Assembly (NCBI GenBank): GCA_963980225.1
Contig: CAXBYW010000005.1
Coordinates: 1,235-65,234, forward strand
Direction of reading: 5' to 3'
From: an uncultured bacterium
GTDB taxonomy: Bacteria; Patescibacteriota; Microgenomatia; UBA1400; MFAQ01
DNA length: 64,000 bases
In this document: piece after piece, positions 56,670 to 64,000 of the stretch
How the letters are laid out: each line of letters begins with the position of its first letter
Position numbering within the stretch: the stretch's first letter is position 1
Translations under genes and position numbers: made by a program
Notes under the pieces: generated by a model
Database searches by the model: none
What the model was told of the DNA's origin: nothing
The model's input: only the letters and a program-made list of their open reading frames with translations

Positions 56670-56719
56670 TTGAAAAGAACGAATGGTTAAATTATACCAT
56701 ATTATAAGGCAATAATCAA
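56670..56719 (-). promoter_or_regulatory. Sigma70 promoter plus boxA-like element
   Basis: TTGATT-17 nt-TATAAT with TGn, then CGTTCTTTTCAA. Confidence 0.65.
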
Positions 56720-56783
56720 AAGCAAGTAGGTTGCTAAATAGTCTCCAATGTAGCTTCAAGTAGTGATAGAATATAGAAAGATT

Positions 56784-57818
56784 ATGGCAAAAAAAGAAGT
56801 AAAAAATAACCAGGCTGACAAGACTCCTTTTTGGAAAAAGAAATGGGTATGGCTAGTGGTATTTATTTTAATCATGGGTGGTCTCTTCCTTAAAAAACGC
56901 GCTTCAGCTGGTAAAGATCTAGATAGTATCGTTATAGAGCGAGGTTCTGTTAGACACGAACTAATCCTAACAGGCAAGATCAAGGCTGTAGAGCATGCCC
57001 AACTAAACTTCCAGTCTTCCGGTGAGTTATCTTGGATAGGAGTAAAAGAGGGAGACTTGGTTAAAAAAGGTCAGTATCTTTTAAGACTAGACGCCACCAG
57101 TCTACAAGCTCAGTACGAACAGGCAGTTGCGGCTTTAAGAAAAGCTCAAGCCACAGCAGATAATGTTTTAGATCAAGTCAAGGATAACGATGATGACGAG
57201 ACCCATGTACAAAAGGACTTAAGGACAACGGCAGAAGCCACTAGAGACAGTGCCTACAGAGCCTTGGAAATTGCCAGGGAAAACCTAAGAAATGGTTACC
57301 TAAAAGCACCTTTTGCGGGTATCGTCACCAACGTAGTATTACCTTTCTCGGGAATAAACACTACTTTTTCTCAACCTCAGATAGAGATACTAAACCCAGA
57401 AACAATGTACTTCGAGATCCAAGCAGATCAAACAGAAATCAAGGATCTATCTGTAGACCAACAGGTCTACATTACTCTAGACTCCTATCCAGAAAAAGAA
57501 ATAATGGGTACTGTTCAAAGTATTGCCTACACTCCTAGTGTTGGTGCATCCGGTACAGTTTATGAAGTCAAGGTTAGTTTTGACGAGTTAGACATTGAAA
57601 AATACAGAGTCGGCATGACCGGTGACGCCAGCTTTATTTTAGCCGTTAAAGAAGATACCCTCTACGTCCCACCCAAGTACATAAATTCAGACAAAGATGG
57701 TAAATACGTCAAACTTTCTCCTAAAAACGACCATGTATACATAGAGGTGGGTGTTGATGGAGAAAAGAGAACAGAGATAAAAGGTGACATAAACGAAGGC
57801 GACACCGTTTATGATTAA
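56784..57818 (+). CDS. MacA-like periplasmic adaptor (membrane fusion protein)
   Basis: TM; VKEGDLVKKGQ, LKAPFAGIV, GMTG. Confidence 0.9.
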   Translation: MAKKEVKNNQADKTPFWKKKWVWLVVFILIMGGLFLKKRASAGKDLDSIVIERGSVRHELILTGKIKAVEHAQLNFQSSGELSWIGVKEGDLVKKGQYLLRLDATSLQAQYEQAVAALRKAQATADNVLDQVKDNDDDETHVQKDLRTTAEATRDSAYRALEIARENLRNGYLKAPFAGIVTNVVLPFSGINTTFSQPQIEILNPETMYFEIQADQTEIKDLSVDQQVYITLDSYPEKEIMGTVQSIAYTPSVGASGTVYEVKVSFDELDIEKYRVGMTGDASFILAVKEDTLYVPPKYINSDKDGKYVKLSPKNDHVYIEVGVDGEKRTEIKGDINEGDTVYD

Positions 57819-58485
57819 ACTAAAGGGAGTTTCTAAAACATATTTTTTGGGTGAAGAGAAAGTCAAGGCAGTAGACAACGTCTCCTTAGACATTAAAAAG
57901 GGTGAGTACTTAAGTATTGTTGGTCCATCAGGTTGCGGTAAATCTACCTTGATGTACACCATTGGTTTGTTAGACATCCCCACCTCAGGTCAAGTTATTA
58001 TCGACGGTCAAGACGTCAGTAAACTAACTGACGAAGAGTTATCAAAATTAAGAAACGAAAAGATAGGTTTTGTCTTCCAGTCATTCAACCTAATCAATAA
58101 GTTCACTGCTCTAGAAAACGTTCTCTTGCCCACCAAGTACATAAAAAGTAAGCTAGACTTTGATCCAGAAAAAAGAGCAGAGAAACTTCTCAAGCAGTTT
58201 GGTATCTGGGAAAGAAGAAACTTCTTCCCCAACAAAATCTCTGGTGGTCAGCAGCAAAGAGTGGCTGTAGCTAGAGCTCTAATCATGAATCCAAGTATCA
58301 TCCTAGCTGATGAGCCAACTGGTAATCTAGACACCAAATCAGGTCATGAAATCCTAGACCTACTAGGTGATCTAAATAAAAACCTAAAAGTTACTGTTGT
58401 CTTGATTACTCATGAAATGGATATAGCCAAGCGAACTAAACGCAGAGTAGTAATGAAGGATGGTCAAGTAGTATCAAAAAAATGA
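57811..58485 (+). CDS. MacB/LolD-type ABC ATPase
   Basis: GPSGCGKS, SGGQQQR, ADEPTGNLD. Confidence 0.95.
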   Translation: MIKLKGVSKTYFLGEEKVKAVDNVSLDIKKGEYLSIVGPSGCGKSTLMYTIGLLDIPTSGQVIIDGQDVSKLTDEELSKLRNEKIGFVFQSFNLINKFTALENVLLPTKYIKSKLDFDPEKRAEKLLKQFGIWERRNFFPNKISGGQQQRVAVARALIMNPSIILADEPTGNLDTKSGHEILDLLGDLNKNLKVTVVLITHEMDIAKRTKRRVVMKDGQVVSKK

Positions 58486-59699
58486 AACTAAAAAACGGCA
58501 CCTACCATTTGATAAAGTCAGCCATAGCTGACTTTAAACGAAACAAGGTACGTACCTTTTTAACCTCTTTAGGTATTACCATCGGAGTCCTATCAGTCGT
58601 CATGTTAATTGCTTTGGGGTTAGGTTTAAAAAACTACATCCAAGAACAGTTCGAAGGCTTGGGAGCCAATCTAGTAATGGTTATGGCAGGTTCTGGTATA
58701 GGTGGGGGAGATGGTGGTGGCTTTAGTGGACCAGCCGGTATGTTTGGTTCTGTTGTGGAATTTGACGAAAGAGATGTTTCATCCTTAAAGAGGATTCAAG
58801 ATATAAAGTACGTCGTTCCGGTGTACTTTAAATCCTTGGCCATAGAAGCAGAAGATAACAAAGAGATGGGTTATGTCATGGGTGTAAATGACGAATTCTT
58901 TGATCTAATGAGTGCCGAGATGCTAGAAGGTGAAATCTTCGACAAGTCAGATATACAAGGTAGAACTAAGGTTGTTGTTTTAGGTTTCACCCTATCAGAA
59001 AAACTTTTTGGCGAAGCCGGTGACGGCGCTGGTAGAACCATAAGGGCAGATAACATGAGGCTAAAAGTAATCGGAGTTTTAGAAAAAACCGGGGACACAG
59101 AAATGGATAAATCAGCCGTCATACCATACACAACTACTTTTGCCAGCCTAAACCCCGACAAAACTTTTTGGTCAATCTATTTAGGTGTTGACGCAGAAGA
59201 TAAAGTTGACGCAGCTTCAGACAAAGCAGAAGAAGTCTTATTAAGGCGTTACAAAGAAGACGAGTTTGCTGTGGTCCAGCAATCAGAAGTCCTCTCAACC
59301 ATTAATCAGATATTTTCCGTCTTAAATGCCATTTTAGTAGCCATCGGTTCCATCTCCCTATTGGTCGGGGGTATCGGTATCATGAACATCATGTACGCTA
59401 CCGTTACCGAACGAACCAAGGAGATTGGAATAAGGCGAGCCATCGGTGCCACTAAACAAGACATCTTAACTCAATTCTTAACAGAGTCAGTCGTCCTATC
59501 AGTCCTCGGTGGACTGGTTGGTTTAACCCTGTCAGTTTTAATAGTCTTAGCAGTAAGACCGTTCTTCCCTGTGGCCATAAATACTTTGGCCGTAATCATC
59601 GCCATCGGCGTCTCAAGCTTCATCGGTATATTTTTTGGTGTTTTCCCCGCCAAGAGAGCAGCCAATCTACCTCCAATCGTCGCCATCAAATACGAATAA
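58482..59699 (+). CDS. MacB-type ABC permease
   Basis: RTFLTSLGITIG, GGIGIMNIM..ERTKEIGIRRAIGA. Confidence 0.95.
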   Translation: MKLKNGTYHLIKSAIADFKRNKVRTFLTSLGITIGVLSVVMLIALGLGLKNYIQEQFEGLGANLVMVMAGSGIGGGDGGGFSGPAGMFGSVVEFDERDVSSLKRIQDIKYVVPVYFKSLAIEAEDNKEMGYVMGVNDEFFDLMSAEMLEGEIFDKSDIQGRTKVVVLGFTLSEKLFGEAGDGAGRTIRADNMRLKVIGVLEKTGDTEMDKSAVIPYTTTFASLNPDKTFWSIYLGVDAEDKVDAASDKAEEVLLRRYKEDEFAVVQQSEVLSTINQIFSVLNAILVAIGSISLLVGGIGIMNIMYATVTERTKEIGIRRAIGATKQDILTQFLTESVVLSVLGGLVGLTLSVLIVLAVRPFFPVAINTLAVIIAIGVSSFIGIFFGVFPAKRAANLPPIVAIKYE

Positions 59700-59709
59700 A
59701 ATACACACT

Positions 59710-60780
59710 ATGGACATCACTTCAAAAATAAAAGAAATTAAGAAAAAGCTAGGCGTAGAAGACCTTAAAGTAAAACTAAAAAGTCTACAAGAGAAGTCAG
59801 CAGATCCTAGTCTCTGGCAGGACGAGGACAAAGCCAAAAAGACACTTCAAGGACTGTCTCACATCCAACTTATTTTAGACAAGATCGACTCCCTAGAAAA
59901 AGACGCTAAAGATCTAGATGGACTACATAAACTTCAAAAAGATACAGCCGATGAATCACTGACTAAAGAAGTCGACGTCCTTCAAGAAAAGTTGATAAAA
60001 AAAATTAAAGACCTTGAACTACAAACATTTCTCTCTGGGAAACACGATCCTCAAGGAGCCATTGTCTCCATTCACTCCGGTCAAGGTGGCGTGGAAGCCA
60101 TGGACTGGGCGGCTATGTTACAAAGAATGTACCAGAGATTTTTTGACATAAAAGACTGGAAGTGGCAACTAGTATCAGAGTCGCAAGGTGAAGAAGCAGG
60201 TATAAAATCAGCCATAATTCTAGTCAATACCCCATATGCCTATGGTTACCTAAAAAGTGAAGCAGGTACTCACAGGTTAGTTCGCTTAAGTCCTTTTAAC
60301 TCAGACAATCTAAGGCAAACCTCTTTCGCTGGTGTGGAGGTAACTCCAGTCATAGAAGATCAGGTCTTATCAGAAATTAAAAGCGAGGACTTAGAAATAG
60401 AGTTCTTTCGCTCTGGAGGTCCAGGTGGGCAAAACGTCAACAAGCTTTCAACAGCCGTTCGTCTAAAACACAAACCCAGCGGAACAGTGGTGGAATGCCA
60501 GACCCAAAGGACCCAAGAGCAAAACAGGAAAATCGCCATGCAGATCTTGGTCAGTAAGTTAGAAAAACTAGAAGAAGAAAAAAGAGAAAAGGAGCTAGAA
60601 AGCATCAAAGGTGAACACAAGGTTCCGGGTTGGGGACAGCAAATACGCTCTTACGTTCTCCATCCTTACAAGCAAGTAAAAGATCACCGGACCAAGGTAG
60701 AGTCCCAAGATCCAGATGCAGTCCTAAATGGCTCACTAGATATCTTCATAGAAGCCGGACTTTCTGCTAAACTAGAATAA
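59710..60780 (+). CDS. prfB: Peptide chain release factor 2
   Basis: SPF motif, GGQ, WGQQIRSYV; start moved to ATG 59710. Confidence 0.96.
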   Translation: MDITSKIKEIKKKLGVEDLKVKLKSLQEKSADPSLWQDEDKAKKTLQGLSHIQLILDKIDSLEKDAKDLDGLHKLQKDTADESLTKEVDVLQEKLIKKIKDLELQTFLSGKHDPQGAIVSIHSGQGGVEAMDWAAMLQRMYQRFFDIKDWKWQLVSESQGEEAGIKSAIILVNTPYAYGYLKSEAGTHRLVRLSPFNSDNLRQTSFAGVEVTPVIEDQVLSEIKSEDLEIEFFRSGGPGGQNVNKLSTAVRLKHKPSGTVVECQTQRTQEQNRKIAMQILVSKLEKLEEEKREKELESIKGEHKVPGWGQQIRSYVLHPYKQVKDHRTKVESQDPDAVLNGSLDIFIEAGLSAKLE

Positions 60781-60803
60781 ATTAGTAAATACTATAAATA
60801 TCA

Positions 60804-61322
60804 ATGGAAATAAAAAAAATAAACTTAGATCAAGACACCAATGTAGCCCCAGTAGTTGGTGCGCCTAGTACACCTGGTACAGCATTACCTGTTAAAGAGA
60901 AGTCTTTTACTCCGCTTTTTATTATCCTAGTCATTGTTTTAGGTGTCTCTTCCGGAGCAATTATAAAAAACCTTAAATCAGGATCAGCTGGCCAGATGGC
61001 CGGAGTTGACGCCCCAGAGGAGGGTGTTGCGATAAACGTTGGTGAAGTGTTTGGTGCAAAAGATGAATCCGGTTTTACAGACGAGGCCACAGGAATCTTA
61101 GAAGAAGGTGGGCTTGATGGTGAAGGTACACATAAACTTATTCGTCCCGGTGGTGACGATCAGACGGCCTATCTTACTAGTTCGATTCTAGACTTAGATC
61201 AATTTGTCGGGTTCAAGATCTCGGTTTGGGGTGAAACATTTTCCGGCCAAAAAGCCGGTTGGTTAATGGACGTTGGTAGGGTAAAGGTTGATGAGCTCAA
61301 TCCCACTCCCTTAGATGAATAA
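60804..61322 (+). CDS. Membrane-anchored hypothetical protein
   Basis: TM plus beta-rich C-domain (GEGTHKL, WGET, GWLMDVGR). Confidence 0.75.
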   Translation: MEIKKINLDQDTNVAPVVGAPSTPGTALPVKEKSFTPLFIILVIVLGVSSGAIIKNLKSGSAGQMAGVDAPEEGVAINVGEVFGAKDESGFTDEATGILEEGGLDGEGTHKLIRPGGDDQTAYLTSSILDLDQFVGFKISVWGETFSGQKAGWLMDVGRVKVDELNPTPLDE

Positions 61323-61327
61323 AAAAT

Positions 61328-62011
61328 ATGGTTATATTCGATTCGGTAACCAAAATCTTCCCAAACGGTGACCAGGTCTTAGACCAGGTAGGTTTTCATA
61401 TTACTGCAGGTGAAATGGTCGTAATCACCGGCAAATCTGGCTCAGGTAAAACCACCATTGGCCGGCTTCTAATAGGGGACTTGAAACCATCAGAAGGTCA
61501 AATCATAGTAGATGGGGAAAAAGTCATAGAGGCAAACCTAAAAGAATTAATCTCTCTAAGGCGAAAAATCGGCACAGTCTTCCAGGATTACAAAATCATC
61601 CCTGACAAAACCACTTACGAAAACGTTGCCTTGAATTTAGAGGTAGCTGGTTTTGATAAAGAAGATATAGAGAAGAAAGTAGAAAAAATACTAGAAATGG
61701 TTGGTATACCAGGTAAAAAAGACCTTTTCCCATCCCAGTTATCAGGTGGAGAACTCCAGAGGGCTTCACTAGCAAGAGCCATAGCTACCGAACCACACAT
61801 CTTGTTTGCCGACGAACCAACCGGTAATCTTGACAAAGCTACTTCCAAAGAAATATTTGAACTTCTAAAGAAAATAAACAAAGCTGGCACCACAGTAATA
61901 ATTGCTACTCACGACGAAGAATTTTCAAGCTCCGGCTCCATTCACCATATTCATCTAGATAAAGGTAAAATAGTTAAAGACTCACGTCCATCAAAGAAAA
62001 AGAAAAAATGA
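61328..62011 (+). CDS. ftsE: Cell division ATPase FtsE
   Basis: GKSGSGKT, RRKIGTVFQDY; adjacent to ftsX. Confidence 0.9.
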   Translation: MVIFDSVTKIFPNGDQVLDQVGFHITAGEMVVITGKSGSGKTTIGRLLIGDLKPSEGQIIVDGEKVIEANLKELISLRRKIGTVFQDYKIIPDKTTYENVALNLEVAGFDKEDIEKKVEKILEMVGIPGKKDLFPSQLSGGELQRASLARAIATEPHILFADEPTGNLDKATSKEIFELLKKINKAGTTVIIATHDEEFSSSGSIHHIHLDKGKIVKDSRPSKKKKK

Positions 62012-62907
62012 AGACTACTTTAAACAACATCCGTCGTTCACCATACCAAGCCTTAGCAGCAATTCTTGTTACCAGTCTTACTCTTTTCATTATCTCCATC
62101 TTCATCTATGTATCCCTCGCATCCCAAGTTGTCCTAAATCATTTTGAAACAAAGCCACAGATAATTGCCTATCTAAAAGATAGCCATACTCAAGAACAAG
62201 CCAACCAGCTAATCAACTCAATCAAATCTAAGACAAACGTCCAAGATGCTTTGTATATAAGTAAAGACCAAGCCCTAGAGATATATAAAGAGAGTGTCGG
62301 TAATGACCCATTGCTCTTGGGTAGCATCACCGAGCTAGGTCTGGTTACAGCAGAAATACTACCAGCCAGCATAGAAGTAACCGCCAAAACTCCTAAGGAC
62401 TTTGACTCTATCGTAGAAGTCTTAAAAAAATCTGATCTAATCAGCACCACTTCTCAAGGTCAAAAAGAGATCGACTTTCCAAAAGACATAGTAGGGGAGT
62501 TGACCAGGTGGACTCACGCTATAAGAGTAGCAGGAATAATCTTAATATCAGCTCTTTCTCTTACTTCTATTTTAACTATTATGATAATTATCTCTTTAAA
62601 AATCGCCTCAAGAAGAGTGGAAATTGGCACCTTAAAGTTACTAGGAGCTCAAAATAAATTTGTCTTAAAACCTTACTTACTAGAGTCCATAATCTACGGT
62701 CTCTCAGGAGCTTTCACAGGCTGGCTACTAAGCTATATTTTCCTTCTTTACTCTACCCCTTTCCTGTCTCAAAGATTAGGCAACATTATCGCCTTCCCTG
62801 TTCCTTTCTTAATCGCCCTAATTCCTCTAGGAATCTTAATTATTTTCTCCCTAATTTTGAGCCTAATTTCAAGTTTCTGGGCTGTTTTAAGATTTCTTAA
62901 AAGATGA
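62008..62907 (+). CDS. ftsX: Cell division permease FtsX
   Basis: YISKDQAL, LPASIEV, RRVEIGTLKLLGA..PYLLE. Confidence 0.9.
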   Translation: MKTTLNNIRRSPYQALAAILVTSLTLFIISIFIYVSLASQVVLNHFETKPQIIAYLKDSHTQEQANQLINSIKSKTNVQDALYISKDQALEIYKESVGNDPLLLGSITELGLVTAEILPASIEVTAKTPKDFDSIVEVLKKSDLISTTSQGQKEIDFPKDIVGELTRWTHAIRVAGIILISALSLTSILTIMIIISLKIASRRVEIGTLKLLGAQNKFVLKPYLLESIIYGLSGAFTGWLLSYIFLLYSTPFLSQRLGNIIAFPVPFLIALIPLGILIIFSLILSLISSFWAVLRFLKR

Positions 62908-64000
62908 AAAAATGGCTGGTTCTATTTGTTATCGGTTTCATTGTTTCCCTGGCGCTTCCTGCTTGGGCCATAGAGTGTGAAGGTGCTCCTCCAAGTGACG
63001 CCGGTCAGCTAATTGAGTACATAACAAAATGTAATGCAAAAATAAATGAGTCCAAAGGGCAGCAACAAACTTTAAACTCTGCCATCACCGTTTTAAACTC
63101 TAAAATCAACTTGGCACAAGGTCAGATAAATCAAACCCAAAGTCAGATCGACGGTTTAGAGGAAGAAATCAAACTATTATCCACTGTACTTGAGGACCTG
63201 GACCAATCCTTAGATGAACTATCCGTCACCTATGTTGCCCGTGTTCGAGAAAGTTACAAACAAAGAGATTTAAACCTAATTAGACTGTTCTTTTCATCCG
63301 ACTCTTTTGGTCAGTTGGTTACTAAGTTAAAGTACATTAACTCCATAAAACAAAGAGATAGGTTAGTTCTTCAAGAACTAGAAAAAACGAGATTAGATTT
63401 TGATCAACAAAAGCTAACTAAACTAACCAAACAAGAAGAGGTTGAATTGTTAAAGGATAAGTTGGTCGGACAACAAGTTGCTTTGGGTGGTCAGAAAGCT
63501 CAAAAACAAGACCTTTTAGTAATTACTAAAAACGACGAAGCCAAGTTTCAAAATTTACTCAACCAAGCCAAGGCAGAGCTAGAAGCTATCGAAGCCATTA
63601 TCGCTGGTAATGGTCAGGAAAACTCAGTCGGAAGTGTAAGTCAGGGTGACACAATTGCTCATGTTATCACTGGTTCATCTTGTAACTCATCTGGTTCCCA
63701 CCTTCATTTTATGGTTGCTGACAACACTCTAGTAAAAAACCCATTTGAGTTTTTAAAGTCGATAGAACACAACAATGTATCTGGTGGTGATCCTTTTAAT
63801 CCTTCTGGTAGTTGGGATTGGCCACTATCACCCACCATTAGTTTTAATCAAGGGTATGGTTCTACTTGGGCTATTCGAAATACTTGGGTAGGAAACATTT
63901 ATTCATTTCATAATGGCATAGACATACATGGTAGTTCCACAACAGTAAAGGCAGTTCAAGCAGGTGATTTATATAGAGGTAGTTATACTGGTTCTGGTGG
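62904..64000 (+). CDS. Secreted coiled-coil protein with M23-like domain (EnvC/PcsB-like), runs off the window
   Basis: ATG 62904, signal peptide, long coiled coil, HLHF at 63699 and HNGID at 63909 in frame; no stop seen before the window end. Confidence 0.85.
   Translation, partial: MKKWLVLFVIGFIVSLALPAWAIECEGAPPSDAGQLIEYITKCNAKINESKGQQQTLNSAITVLNSKINLAQGQINQTQSQIDGLEEEIKLLSTVLEDLDQSLDELSVTYVARVRESYKQRDLNLIRLFFSSDSFGQLVTKLKYINSIKQRDRLVLQELEKTRLDFDQQKLTKLTKQEEVELLKDKLVGQQVALGGQKAQKQDLLVITKNDEAKFQNLLNQAKAELEAIEAIIAGNGQENSVGSVSQGDTIAHVITGSSCNSSGSHLHFMVADNTLVKNPFEFLKSIEHNNVSGGDPFNPSGSWDWPLSPTISFNQGYGSTWAIRNTWVGNIYSFHNGIDIHGSSTTVKAVQAGDLYRGSYTGSG

Overview
A compact, AT-rich bacterial chromosome segment using the standard code (TGA stops, RF2 present). 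Gene content and style suggest a Patescibacteria/CPR genome, probably Microgenomates; this is inference. Most of it is housekeeping (secDF, cca, rel, gltX, lon, lgt, proS, truB, greA, lysS, serS, secA, nfo, prfB, ftsEX), with tRNA-Gln(CUG) and tRNA-Glu(CUC). Many core genes look leaderless. The main discovery is an island at the 3' end of tRNA-Glu (about 35.2-43.9 kb). It has a large serine recombinase whose ORF reads into the antisense tRNA and a satellite-like core with a 5'-truncated TOPRIM primase-helicase. The core carries a mirror-symmetric GTAGAC/GTCTAC putative origin and a two-state RNA structure in the integrase leader. At the distal end, three att-like sites (35245, 35948, 36628) separate single self-promoted genes, like integron cassettes. 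Each site opens an in-frame alternative C-terminal tail for the recombinase. Other points: an Elp3 / Trm9-like head-to-head pair sharing one CATG, three tandem orphan paralogs, a shared promoter-boxA-SD-terminator design on accessory genes, and an apparently circularly permuted M23 peptidase after ftsEX. All calls are by eye, with no database searches.
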